Shown piece after piece: positions 12,052 to 23,200 of a DNA stretch of 64,000 nt; position 1 is the stretch's first letter, and each line of letters opens with the position of its first letter. The stretch is from assembly GCA_903896675.1 (NCBI GenBank), contig CAITYU010000078.1, positions 6,228 through 70,227 of the forward strand. The letters run 5' to 3'. The notes beneath the pieces are model-generated. The model ran no database searches and was not told the origin of the DNA. It was given only the letters and a program-made list of their open reading frames with translations. The DNA comes from an uncultured Planctomycetaceae bacterium. Lineage in GTDB: Bacteria; Planctomycetota; Planctomycetia; Planctomycetales; Planctomycetaceae. A program made the position numbers and the translations under genes.

Positions 12052-12504
12052 TCAAAACGCCGAACCACTGTCCTCTGCCGTCACTTCCGCTGCTGCCACC
12101 CGCTCCATCACCATCGCCGCACTGGATTCCAGATAGCGATTCGACAGACTGAAACCCGTCATCCACAGCAGATCGGGACTGGCGCTGCTCATCGGCACTC
12201 GTATGAAAACACTGCCAATCTGCCCGACATATTCCGCCGGCTGAACACCAATCTCACAGTTGACAGCCAGCGCTGACCCCAGCAGATTCGCTACCCGCTC
12301 CTCGACTTCCGAAACTCCCGCACCACTCAAACTCATCAACCTCACACCCGACTGCGCCGCTGACGTGATTCGCGCATGCGCCGACATCAGCATCGAAAAC
12401 TGAGCAATGCCGAAAATCAACAGCAGAAAAATCGGCAGAACCAGCACCAGCTCCATGGACAGGATGGCACCGCGACGACCGAGCGAAACTCGTGCAGACT
12501 TCAT
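12052..12504 (-). CDS. TadE-like pseudopilin/pilus assembly protein
   Basis: RRGAILSMELVLVLPIFLLLIFGIAQFSML matches the TadE-family N-terminal motif (RG..a.E.alvlP). The 150-aa size is typical. Confidence 0.75.
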   Translation of the reverse strand: MKSARVSLGRRGAILSMELVLVLPIFLLLIFGIAQFSMLMSAHARITSAAQSGVRLMSLSGAGVSEVEERVANLLGSALAVNCEIGVQPAEYVGQIGSVFIRVPMSSASPDLLWMTGFSLSNRYLESSAAMVMERVAAAEVTAEDSGSAF

Positions 12505-12864
12505 GACAATCCCACAGAATTCAGCTTCCTCAGATCAACGACCTCCTCGCGACACTCTCTCATCGGCAGTTTCGGCCGAAATACCCCTCCACGGTCAGAT
12601 TTTCTGCAGGTTTTCCTGCACAAAACACACTCACAATCACGGGAAAACGACAGTTCGGCAACCCCATTCCAGCAGGACAGACGGCTGAGCACTCGCATCG
12701 GTGGCAGAAAAAACAGACTGCAGCGGTCGTACCGGTTTTGACGCCTCGTTAACCACCTCTGCCACGGCTGCCGTTCCCACAGTTCGCTATTCCGTTACAC
12801 TTCCAGCCAGCAGATTGAAGTTGCCCCCAAAACCCGAATTCCCGTCTCTCACAAGGTCCGGTCC

Positions 12865-13638
12865 ATGTCCCAACAAGCGTGGCTGAACGCCGCCATCGAA
12901 GCCGCTCATGTCGCCGGGCAGGTCCTCCTCGACTGGCAGGGCCGATTCTCAGTACGCGAAAAAAGTCGTGCAAACCTTGTCACCGAGGCAGACGAAGCGT
13001 CCCAGGCTGCAATCGTCAGCCACCTGCGACAGCATTTTCCGCAACACTCGTTCCTCGGTGAGGAAAATCTCAACGAACGTGGCTCCAGCGAAGATGCCGT
13101 CTGGATTATCGATCCTCTCGACGGAACCTCAAATTATGTGCACGGCTTCCCCTATTACGCCGTCTCCATCGCACTGATGCTTCACGGCAAAATCGAGGTT
13201 GGCGTAATTCTGGATCCCACGCGACAGGACCTCTTTACGGCGATGCGCAACGGCGGTGCTGCTCTCAACGGCTCCCCTTTGCAGGCCAGCGGCGAAACAC
13301 AAATTGATCGAGCGTTCGGTATGGCCAGCCTGCCAATCGCCGCAAATCCGGAAAATCCGGCAGTGCGGAGATTCCTCACCGCCCTCACCTCACTACAGAC
13401 CGTGCAACGCACCGGTTCCGCCGCACTCAATCTTGCCAACCTCGCAGCCGGCCGCATCGATGCCTTCTGGTCCAGCAGCCTGAATGTCTGGGACATCGCC
13501 GCAGGAGCACTGCTGGTCACCGAGTCCGGAGGAGCCCTGTCCAACCTGAAAGGCGAACAAATCGACCTGTTCGCACCCAGCTTGCTCGCTGCCGGCTCCG
13601 CAGAACTTCAGCGGAAACTTGCAGACCTGTTCACATGA
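12865..13638 (+). CDS. Inositol monophosphatase family protein (SuhB-like)
   Basis: The IMPase signature motifs are present: FLGEE, WIIDPLDGTSNYVHG and WDIAAGALLVTESGG. Confidence 0.9.
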   Translation: MSQQAWLNAAIEAAHVAGQVLLDWQGRFSVREKSRANLVTEADEASQAAIVSHLRQHFPQHSFLGEENLNERGSSEDAVWIIDPLDGTSNYVHGFPYYAVSIALMLHGKIEVGVILDPTRQDLFTAMRNGGAALNGSPLQASGETQIDRAFGMASLPIAANPENPAVRRFLTALTSLQTVQRTGSAALNLANLAAGRIDAFWSSSLNVWDIAAGALLVTESGGALSNLKGEQIDLFAPSLLAAGSAELQRKLADLFT

Positions 13639-13859
13639 TCACACATATTCCCTCCGCTTGACAAATTGCCACATTGCAGCACCTCCGTAAACTTTGGCAA
13701 CTTCTCCCGCCCACGCGGTTTGCGTAAACTATACTGACTGCAGACTGGCGGACTCTGTTCGGCGAAATCCAGGCCAGTCATTTCGGCGGTTGACACAGGT
13801 CGGCCGCCTCACTGTCACTCACGTCAGCAATTACAGTGACGCGGGAAGGGTTGGGGTTT

Positions 13860-16800
13860 ATGCATCGGCGACTCCCGAAATTCGGCAGCGCCGCACGACT
13901 GTTGCTGGCTGGTGCTCTGCTTGCCAGTCTGTGCGTGTTTACGTCCCCTGTTTCTGCACAGTCTGATCTTTCGCTGCCCGCAACGCCCCCAGCCACCACG
14001 CCGGGTTCCGTCGCAGAAACGCCCGACACGTCGGACATTCTGATCCGCATGAAGTCCGGAGAACTTGTGCCCCTCCGCAATCTGCTGGGACCTGATATTG
14101 CCGATCTCCTGCTGCAGCGCGGGCTGGAACAGCGTGCCGTTCCGTCATTCACAATCGCCCACACTGAGATCACGGGAACCATTGATCGCGATGTTGTCCG
14201 ACTCACATTTCGTCTGCAGATACAAATCCGCACCGACGCTGAGTGGGTCGCCGTTCCGGTTTCGTTCGGCGAGGTGTTCCTGACCGAGTTTCGCCATGAA
14301 TCGCAGTCCTCCGGCGCCGAGGCCGTGCTGTCGGCAGGCGAGCAGAACCTGAGAACCTGGCATCTCAGAGGTCGCGGTCTGCACACACTCACCCTGCAGA
14401 TGATCAGCCGCGCTCGACCCGTACCCGGTGGTGGCTGGCAACTGAATCTGACTCTGCCGCAGTCCACAGCTTCTCACGCACGCCTCGATTTTGCTGTCCC
14501 CGTCGACCTGCAGCGTCTGCCAGGCGATGCTGTTTCACAGGCGCAGCGCGATGGGGAGGGTGTTCGTGCTGTCGAGCTCTGGGGGTTGTCAGGCCCGATC
14601 TCTCTGTCATGGTCCGAAATCGCTCCACAGGTCGCCGTCCCCCCTGTAGTACAGTCACAAACCCGCATCAAGCTGGACCTGACCACCATTCCTGTCAGCC
14701 TGAATGGCACACAGTCACTGCAGATCACCGGCGGTTCTCTGTCTGAGGTCACCGTGGTTTATCCACCGGGGTTCGAATTGCAGGAGGTCAGTGCCCGAAA
14801 CTCCGCCAATGCCTCGGTCCTTAAGAATTTTGAGTCGCTGCCGAATGAAAACTCGCAGCGCACCCTGATCCGCCTCACTTCCGCTGTTGAAGGACAACTG
14901 ACCCTCGGTTTCGAACTCGAAATGAAGGAACAGGCCTTTCCCCAGACCATCGCCGTCTCGCTGCCGGTTGTTCAGGAGGCCAATGTCCAGACTGGCGACC
15001 TCGATATTCTGATTCCGTCCGGGCTTGTCGTGGAACAGTCGAAGGTCGAAGGTGCTCAGAGACGTCGCGTGGCCTCAGACGTGGCCGGCGGAGTTGCAGC
15101 AACGGCATTTCGGCTCAGATCACCGGAATCACGGATTCTGCTGCAGGTGAAGGAGACAGAAGCCCAATACATCTTCACACAGGAACTGGAATTGAAGCCG
15201 GAGGGCAACTCCATCAGTCTGCTGCTCCGCTGGAACGTGAATGTCCTGCGCGGCTCTCTCCTCGAACTGCCACTGCAGTGGCCGCAGGCCATGCGTGAAA
15301 TCTGGGGACTGCTCCCAGGAGACATTGTCATTCAGCGACAGCCGGGTACCTCGGCCGCAATTCTGCGCGACGTTGAAGGTCAGCCGGACTGGATGACTCT
15401 GACATTTCTTGAACGTCAAACCGGCGAATTCAGCGCAGAACTTCGCTGCCTTGCCAAACAGGAAGCCACTGCGGATGCTGTGCTGAGCCTGCTCTGCCCG
15501 CAGGTTCGCGAGCGTACCGGACAACCCGTCACGATTCGCCTGATGCAGTCCGATCAGAATCGTATCGAAATCACTGCTCCCGCATCTGCCGATGCCCTGA
15601 CCGCCATCTCTTCACCAGGTGCTGTCCCCGAGTCTGCAGGGCCCGTCAATCCAATACGCAGCCTGCTGTATCGAGATCCGGAGCAGCCTCTTCTGGTCTC
15701 GCTGCGAAAACAGGATCCCGTTGTCGAAGCCGATGTTGCCACAGGATTCACTCCGGTTGAAAACGGACTCGAAGTTCGACAGCAGATTCGCTTTCTGATC
15801 GATCACAAAGACCTGACTGAAGTGGCACTGTTTGTGCCTGATCGAGTCCAGCCTGTGGTACGAGCATCTGGCAGCCGTGAACCGCTGCGGCCGGTCATCG
15901 GGCCCTCCGGAAAGTGGACGTTTCGACTCCCTCAGTCTGCTCGGGGAGAACTGCTGCTGGATGTGGGCTGGATCTGGAATGCGCAGCTATCCGAGTCGGC
16001 ATCGCCCGATTCGATCCGGGAATTGCCACTCGTGATCCCCGGTGACTGCCTGATTCGCAGTATCCGAGCGCAAACGGCAGCGTGGAGCGGACTGCAGGTT
16101 GCTGACCCCGTTCGCTGGGAGCCTGTTTTCTCCGAAGAGTCTGATGCAGCGTGGCAATGGCAAAGCGGTCAGACCGGTGGCGGGTCTTCTGCAATCCCCG
16201 CTCTGACGGCACAAAACCTGACACTGCCTGTCCGCACCACAAAAAACTCCGTCTTTAGAGAAACGGAATGCCCACTCCTGATCCTCGCAGGCTCCGAATT
16301 GCTGCCCGGACAGGCGCTTACAACAACAATCGCGGCATGGGAGGACGTTCCCCGAAGCGTGTTTTTCAGCCTCGAAAATGCACTGCAACTGGAATCTGTG
16401 CAACTGGGAACTCGCCTCCTGACCACATCCGACGTGGCCAGAACAGCGCTGCAGGCCGTACCGACTACTGACGGCAAAGCTGTACGCTGGCAGATCCTGC
16501 CCACGGCACTCGAACAGTTGAAAGGCCCGACAGTCCTGCTCATCAGATGTCGCCAGATCACCCCCTCGGGCTCAGCGTTTTACCGCCGACTCAGCCTGCT
16601 GCGACCTCGGTTCTCCTCGGAAGAAGCTGCACTCCCGGTGGTCTGGAGCCTGCTTTCATCACCCGGAGCCCGCTGTATTCCACTCGGACAGGATTTCGAA
16701 TCGTTTGACCACGGACTGAGCTCTGCACTGCCATGGAGGCAAACCGTGGCAGCCCAGCACGCTGCCGACCTCGCCTCCGTAATCTCAACACTCTCGCCTG

Positions 16801-17294
16801 CGGTCCGCACCGCCGTCGAAACCTGCACTCAGACGCTGATCCAGCAGCACAATGCCAGCGAACTGTGCCTCGGCACTGCGGCCGCCCGGGAATTCAGAGT
16901 CGTTGAAGTTCCACTCGCCCTGCAGGTCCTCGCCGCCGCACCCGGCTGCGCTCTGATCTTCCTTTCCATGTCCCTGTTCAGACGCCTCTCTCCACTCGTC
17001 CCCCTCGTTCTCACACCCGCTCTGGCACTGACCATGTGGATTGCTCAGCCCGCCTGGTCGGCTGTCTTTCTGCCCGCTGCCGTTGTCGGAGTACTTGCAG
17101 GAATGGGCATCGCTCAGCTGCACCGATATCTGGCAGATCGACGTCAGACAGGCAGTCCGATTGCCAATGCCACTGAACTGCCCTCCATCTTCGGCATTCC
17201 TGACCTTACAGCAGCAGACGTTCGTGATAACCACGGTGCAGCATCTGGCAGTAGTGCTCTGCGACCCGATCTCTCCTCAGGCTCGGCACGCTGA
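13860..17294 (+). CDS. Giant envelope protein A (1144 aa): signal peptide, ~1000-aa ectodomain of unknown fold, 3 C-terminal TM helices
   Basis: ATG at 13860 gives MHRRLPKFGSAARLLLAGALLASLCVFTSPVSAQ. The frame is long and uninterrupted with a beta-strand-like alternating pattern. The C-terminus has three hydrophobic segments (LALQVLAAAPGCALIFLSMSLF, LVPLVLTPALALTMWIA, AVFLPAAVVGVLAGMGIAQL). I recognise no catalytic motif. Confidence 0.85.
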   Translation: MHRRLPKFGSAARLLLAGALLASLCVFTSPVSAQSDLSLPATPPATTPGSVAETPDTSDILIRMKSGELVPLRNLLGPDIADLLLQRGLEQRAVPSFTIAHTEITGTIDRDVVRLTFRLQIQIRTDAEWVAVPVSFGEVFLTEFRHESQSSGAEAVLSAGEQNLRTWHLRGRGLHTLTLQMISRARPVPGGGWQLNLTLPQSTASHARLDFAVPVDLQRLPGDAVSQAQRDGEGVRAVELWGLSGPISLSWSEIAPQVAVPPVVQSQTRIKLDLTTIPVSLNGTQSLQITGGSLSEVTVVYPPGFELQEVSARNSANASVLKNFESLPNENSQRTLIRLTSAVEGQLTLGFELEMKEQAFPQTIAVSLPVVQEANVQTGDLDILIPSGLVVEQSKVEGAQRRRVASDVAGGVAATAFRLRSPESRILLQVKETEAQYIFTQELELKPEGNSISLLLRWNVNVLRGSLLELPLQWPQAMREIWGLLPGDIVIQRQPGTSAAILRDVEGQPDWMTLTFLERQTGEFSAELRCLAKQEATADAVLSLLCPQVRERTGQPVTIRLMQSDQNRIEITAPASADALTAISSPGAVPESAGPVNPIRSLLYRDPEQPLLVSLRKQDPVVEADVATGFTPVENGLEVRQQIRFLIDHKDLTEVALFVPDRVQPVVRASGSREPLRPVIGPSGKWTFRLPQSARGELLLDVGWIWNAQLSESASPDSIRELPLVIPGDCLIRSIRAQTAAWSGLQVADPVRWEPVFSEESDAAWQWQSGQTGGGSSAIPALTAQNLTLPVRTTKNSVFRETECPLLILAGSELLPGQALTTTIAAWEDVPRSVFFSLENALQLESVQLGTRLLTTSDVARTALQAVPTTDGKAVRWQILPTALEQLKGPTVLLIRCRQITPSGSAFYRRLSLLRPRFSSEEAALPVVWSLLSSPGARCIPLGQDFESFDHGLSSALPWRQTVAAQHAADLASVISTLSPAVRTAVETCTQTLIQQHNASELCLGTAAAREFRVVEVPLALQVLAAAPGCALIFLSMSLFRRLSPLVPLVLTPALALTMWIAQPAWSAVFLPAAVVGVLAGMGIAQLHRYLADRRQTGSPIANATELPSIFGIPDLTAADVRDNHGAASGSSALRPDLSSGSAR

Positions 17295-17295
17295 A

Positions 17296-20200
17296 ATGCC
17301 CGGACTTTACCTGATACTTTTTTCCTTGTTCCTGCAGGTTGGCACCGGGCAGGCAGATCCGCAGCCTCCCCGGACATCGGCCGCCATCGACTCTGCAGAT
17401 GCCCGCACAGCCCCCCCTGACAGCACGGCCACCACAAACCCCGGACAACTCTCGGAATTGATCGCTGCGGGTGAGTACGTTCCTCTGTCTCAGAAAGATC
17501 TCATTGCACTCCAGAAACTTCTGACAACTTCCAGAGAACCCGCTGCCCCGACGATCCGTATGGCAAGCTATGCGGCCGAATTCAGAGGACGCACCCTCGC
17601 CGCCGGAACACTGCAGTTCGGACTCTACAGACCGCAACAGGCGGCATTCGGCAACGGTCTGCTGCTGGGACGCACCAGCCTGCGACAACTGCAGCTCCGG
17701 GATCCGCAGGGACCTGTCCCGCTGGGCGCAGATCCTGAAAGACGGCTGTTCATACTGAAGCCCGGCCTGACCGGTGATCTCAGCGGTACGTGGACCGCCG
17801 ATGGACTCGTCTCCGGAGACTCCACCATTTTTCGACTGGAGTTGCCCGCCAGCAGTGCCACTTCGCTGCAACTGAAAACACCCCCGGAAACAGAAGTCAC
17901 CGGACTCGGCTGCCTCGTTCTCGGACCCCAGACCACAGAATCCGGACTCTTCTGGGATCTCCTGGCTTCCGAACCTGCCAGACTGGCATTTTCCTGCCGA
18001 AACACGGCCCAACTGATGGCATCCGAACCCCTCACTCTCACAAGTTACTCTGCAAGTCACGTCCTGAATGGTGACATCATGTCCTCGCGATGGACCATCG
18101 GGCTGCCACAGAACGCCCCGGACCTCACAGTGTTGTCGGCTCGACTCAGCACAAACGCCCGCGTGACTGCCGTTCGCACTGATGAAAATCGCTCCGTGCA
18201 ATGGGAAACACACAACTCCGAGAATTCACAGAATCTGCTCATCAGACTCACGGACGCCGGATCCGCCGGATCCCTGACAGTCTCAGCCGCATCAGTGATC
18301 CCGGATGCCGACAAATGGGATCTTCCAGCTCTCTCGCTGCAGGAATGGCAGATCACCACGGAGACTCGTGGAGCACTCTTGACACCGCCAGGCATTGTCA
18401 GTGTCTCTCTGCCCTCCACCGTCAATATCGATGAATGGTCGCTCTCCGGAATGCAGGAACGAGACGTTGTACCGGGACCCGATCAGTCACGCACCTATCA
18501 GCTGACACAATACAGCAGCGATGCCACGGCCACCGTCCGCACGTCCACAACAGCAGCGGTGCTGTCCGATGCCGTGGCAACTGTACTGCAGCCCACCGGG
18601 CAACTTGCTGCCGTCCGCTGTTTCGTCAATGTGCAGTGCCGCGACGCTGCTGTCATAGAGCTCAAATGGCCCATTAATGCCGGCTGGCAGATCGTCGCCG
18701 CTCGCTATGCCTCAAACAATCGGGCATTGTACTTTGAACAGCGATCCGCGTCAGGCACTGATGCTTCTGATGGCACAGAAAGCTCCGTACTCACGGTGCA
18801 CCTTCCCGAAACCCTGGAACCCGACACTTCACGAGTCATTGACCTGCAGATGCAGCAGTCCGAAACAGCAGACCCGGCTGCCCTCCAGCCTCCCCTCGCT
18901 GTCGCGCCGGACGTCGAACGCTCAGCAGCATGGCTCCTCTACTCACCGGCAACTCTGACCGGATCGCGGCTCTCAGCACGCTGGTCCGGCGGCTTGCAGT
19001 CCATGGCAAATCAGACTTTTCTCGCTGCTGCTCCATGGTTCCCTGCCGCCAGCATCTCCGAAGAAACCCTCTGCTACTATGGCGGAGATTCGCTGCCGCA
19101 AATGCCGCCGGATACGCAGCCTGTTCAATGCCGAGTTGCACACCAACTGCGGACGGACGGAGACGGTGTCGTCGTCGAGAACCTGCAGATCGAATGCTCA
19201 CCCCCGCAATCACAGTCCAGCATCACCCTCCGAGTGGGCGCTGAATTCGCTGAAGAAATCAGCTGGACAGTCAATGGGCAGACTGTGAATCCCGCCTGGC
19301 GCCCCGCTCCGGGAACCGAAAACTCCTGGCGCGATGCCGCCTTCCAGCTGCCACAGACAGGCAATAACACAACTGTAATCATCAGTGGCACCATCCGACG
19401 CGCCGTCACCGAAGAATTCTCCGCTGCAGTTCCCTTTCTTCCCGATGCCGAAACCACCAGCGCTGTTATCACTCTGCCTCCCTCAGATCTCAAGATCCTC
19501 AGTGTTACGGGACTGCAGGAATCCACAGCCGGCTCAGAAAATGCACAACTGGCGTCATGGATCCTGCCCATCGAACCACAGACAATACTCATCCGAAGAT
19601 CCAGCCCTGAAGTCAGAAACCCGATTCAGTCAGCGGATGCCGCCTGCTATCACCTGATTCGCGAACGCAATGGGCAGGTCGAACATCGTATGCTTGCTGT
19701 CATCGATGTTACCGGCCCCGTAATTGAAAATCAGCTTCTCTTCGACACCGCCCGGACAAACCCTCACATTCTTGTCGAAGGACGACGCATCGCTGCTGAA
19801 CAGGGCCCCTCGGGACTGCGAATCCCGCTGCCCGCTGCCGCTGATCGCTGCCGCGTCGTCCTGACATGGGTTCCTGAATACACTCCACTGGAAAATATTC
19901 GCAGTCGACTGACTTTATCAGGACTGCGTTCCATCAATGGCAATGGAGTACAGTTTGTGCACCACCTGCTGATCGCTCCTGAACTTGAACCAGAACTGCC
20001 CCCCAGTGAATTCCGTGTGGCAGATTCCTCCACCGCACCGCAACTCGAAAAACTCCTCCTCAGAAACACTCCGGAAAACACCATAACCTCAGCAGACTCC
20101 GCCGGATTGACTTCCGGACCACATGCAGAAACAACACTGTTCCAGCTGTACTGGGAACTTTCAAGAACCCGAGGCTGGACCCGCGCATGGTTTGTTCAGC

Positions 20201-23200
20201 CCGATACGGACGGCAATCCCATGTCACTGGAAGTCACTCAGAAGCAGCGACGCCGGATCGTCGCTGCCGGGATGGGCGTCGTCTTCTTCGGCATCTGCCT
20301 CTCCTGCTCAACTCTGTTGCTGCGAAATCCTCAGGCGGCAGCCCTCCCCGTCATACTGCTCTCACTCGCTGGCCTCTTTGAATTCACACCCGTGGTTCAC
20401 GCCGCATTGCAGGGAGCATTCTGGGGAAGTGCCGGAGCCCTGTTGCTGATGCTGTCAATTCGCAGCCTGCTGAGGTACCTGCGCAGCTTCCGAAACTTCG
20501 CGATACTCCATGGCCTCGGTTTGCTCGTTACCCTCACGGCACAATCCGCGATGGCCCAGGAAACCACTCAGGAATCCCGCAGCCCACAGACTGAAAACGC
20601 ACCGCCCCCTGACATACTGACACCCCCACAAACACCCGAAACAGCAGGAATTGCCTTTGTTCGACGCAGTTATCTCCAGCAACTCCGACAACTGGAACAG
20701 TTGCTGCCTGAAAAATCAGGCGCTGTCGTACGCTCTCTCAAAGCCATCGTCACTGCCAGTGCACCGGATTCCGTCGAACTCAGACTCCAGCTTGTCGTGT
20801 CTGTACCCAGCAGCGATCAGCCACGCTCTCTCACTCTCCCCACCCACGGAACCCAGTTGGTTTCATGTGAAGTCGATGGACAACTTGTCTTCCCGGACCC
20901 ACAGCTTCCAGGTCAACTCTCCATTCCCATCCCCGCCTCCATATCCGTTCCCGAACTCCCAATAGCCTCCGCCAATCAGAATGGCAGATCTGTACCCGCA
21001 GACGAAGTCGCAGCATTCTCCGAACACGTCGTCGTCTGCCGACTTCGCCCCCCCACGCTCCGCCAGCCCTCAGGTCTGCAATTCCGCATTCCGGCTCCGC
21101 CCAGCCCGCAATCCGAAATTGAAATCGTCGCCACTGAAGGCCTGTTCTCTGACGCCCGACTGCAGTCCGCTGACGGCTTCATCCAGTGGAAACCCGCCGA
21201 CGGTTCAGTCGCCTTCAATGGACTGGCCGGTGGAGACTCTGTCGATGTGCGACTGCTGCAGACCGAGCTCGACCGCAGCCGCGCAAATCCCGCTCGCGTC
21301 GAAGTCATGACTGTTGCTGAAAACACCACCGGACTGCAGAGTCTCAACTGCTACTGCCGATTCGAACAATGGAACCCCCTCAGCACAGTCATACGCTATC
21401 GCATACCCGACGGATTCCGACTGCTCTCCGCTGCCGCAGCTGCCGGCTTCCAGAACCCGGAACTGCTGTGGTCCACTGAAAATCAATCCGCTGTCATCGC
21501 TCTTCCTGGTGTTGTTCCAGCGGACTTCATACTGCACCTGCAGCTCAGATCCACACGGCCCCTGCCGCTCCAGCAACAGTTGATTCCCGTTCATCAGTTG
21601 AATCAGTTCGCCGACTGTACTCCCACAACCGACGGGATTCTTGCTCTGCGGGCAAACCCCATCTTTGCACCCATCACACCCGACAGAAGTCTGGCCACAC
21701 CACTCAGCTTTACAGACGTCTCACCACGCTGGGGCCCATGGCTCAGACGGTCCGATCTGATCTTCCGGATTTCACAGAATTCCGCCAGTCTGCAGATCAC
21801 CGCTCCTGACCGCACAGCAACCAACGAAGTCCGCATTTCGCAGGAATGCACGTTCACCGAACAGTATCTGAACTGGACCTGCCGCATGGACGTCGAAACT
21901 TCTGCCCTCGCCGTCTTTCGACACCGTATCACCATTCCCGAAAAAATCATTGTACAGAACGTGGAAGTCACAGCCGGTGAAGCTAATCGACTCGCCTCAT
22001 GGCACCGTCGCGGAAATCAGGTCATCATTCTGCTCCGCGAAGGTACAACCGGGCTGCACGCCATCACACTGCAGGGAACCCGGGAAATCCTGCCCGATGA
22101 TGCCGATCTGCGTATCAGCAGCCCAACACTTGAAAAATCCCAGATTCTTGAATCCTCTCTGGTATTGACTGATCAGTCCGGTACAGGGCTCGTCTTCGCT
22201 GATACCGGTGACGCCGTCTCCGACCCTCCAATCATGCCAGGTGATGTCCTCCAGCGGGGCACTTCACTCAGGCTCACGGTCGTCGGTGAAACTCGCCCCA
22301 TCAGACTTACCAGACTGAATCCCGTGGATCCGCAGGGAGCAATCGCCGCATGGTGGCTTGCCGATCGACTCCAGTTCGCCGTGCGGCTCACACAGTGGTC
22401 AGTTGCACTCGGACCGCTCGAAATGAATTTCCCAGAAAACACCGTGTTTGTCAGTGAGCCAGCCGTTCTCTCCAACCGTGAAAAGTACGCACTGCAGCGA
22501 CAGGGCCAGAGATTCTTCGTCGATGGCTCTGCCATCAGATCCCTCTTCGGACAATCCGACTTCACGGTGATCTGGAGCCTGCCCCTCCCGGAACGAAAAT
22601 CGGCCCCCGGCAATGAACCTGCCAGCGTTCCGTGGCCCACGATCTCCGAACGCATCACCTGGTCCGAACTGTTCATCGCTGAACAGCCACCCGCGCAGCA
22701 GTCACCGGAATCACGCATGCCTGACTGGACGCTCGATGCCGGTCGACTGCAGATGGCGGTCTCAGGCGCTCGTGAACTGGAATACGCTCAACGACTGCCC
22801 GCAGATCAGTTCATCAGAAATATGAACATCCGACTTCCAATTCCCCCCGCAGCGAACGAAGCGGATTCCGGTCCCGGCAACAGCCTCGTGGCTGTTTCAG
22901 CAACCGTCGTATCGGCGCAACCAGGACAGTCACCGGCCGCTGAAACCGAATTTCTCGTCTTCAGTCGCGTCTCACCCTTCACATGTATCGTTGAAGTACC
23001 CGACACCGTCGCCGTAACTGAACTGCCAAAGAATGTCTACGCCACGTGGGAAGCTCCCGGACGAAGACGCCTTCTGCTGTCCTCAGGCACAAATCTCGCC
23101 CGCTTTACACTGCGCTGGCTCGCAAGACTGACCGCTGACCAGAACCGACAGTCCGGGCTGAGACTGGCTTGCCCGTACGTTAGAAACAGCCAGTTGCGAC

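Noticed and set aside
12605-12620. Hairpin TGCAGG-tttt-CCTGCA in the spacer upstream of the tadE-like gene.
   Set aside because: The stem is only 6 bp, with no U-tract on either strand and no second copy. A function cannot be told apart from chance.
12501-12698. 65-aa minus-strand ORF upstream of tadE, considered as a possible Flp prepilin.
   Set aside because: The sequence (MRVLSRLSCWNGVAELSFSRDCECVLCRK...) lacks the Flp G/XXXXEY processing motif and the hydrophobic helix.
13778-14467. 229-aa minus-strand ORF, one of many 60-190-aa minus-strand ORFs inside 13860-23733.
   Set aside because: It lies antisense to the uninterrupted giant reading frames. The composition is Arg/Ser/Cys-rich and not protein-like, and no start context or family motif is present.
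14771-14782. GGTTCGAAT, a T-psi-C-loop-like string found while scanning for tRNA genes.
   Set aside because: It lies inside the giant gene-A reading frame, with no acceptor or anticodon arms around it. I found no tRNA-like cloverleaf in any spacer, although a by-eye scan is not equivalent to tRNAscan.
17041-17295. N-terminal extension of giant ORF B that would overlap the gene-A 3' end by 254 nt.
   Set aside because: The extension is an out-of-frame overlap with the gene-A transmembrane region and has no signal peptide. The first ATG that yields a leader peptide is 17296, directly after the gene-A stop.
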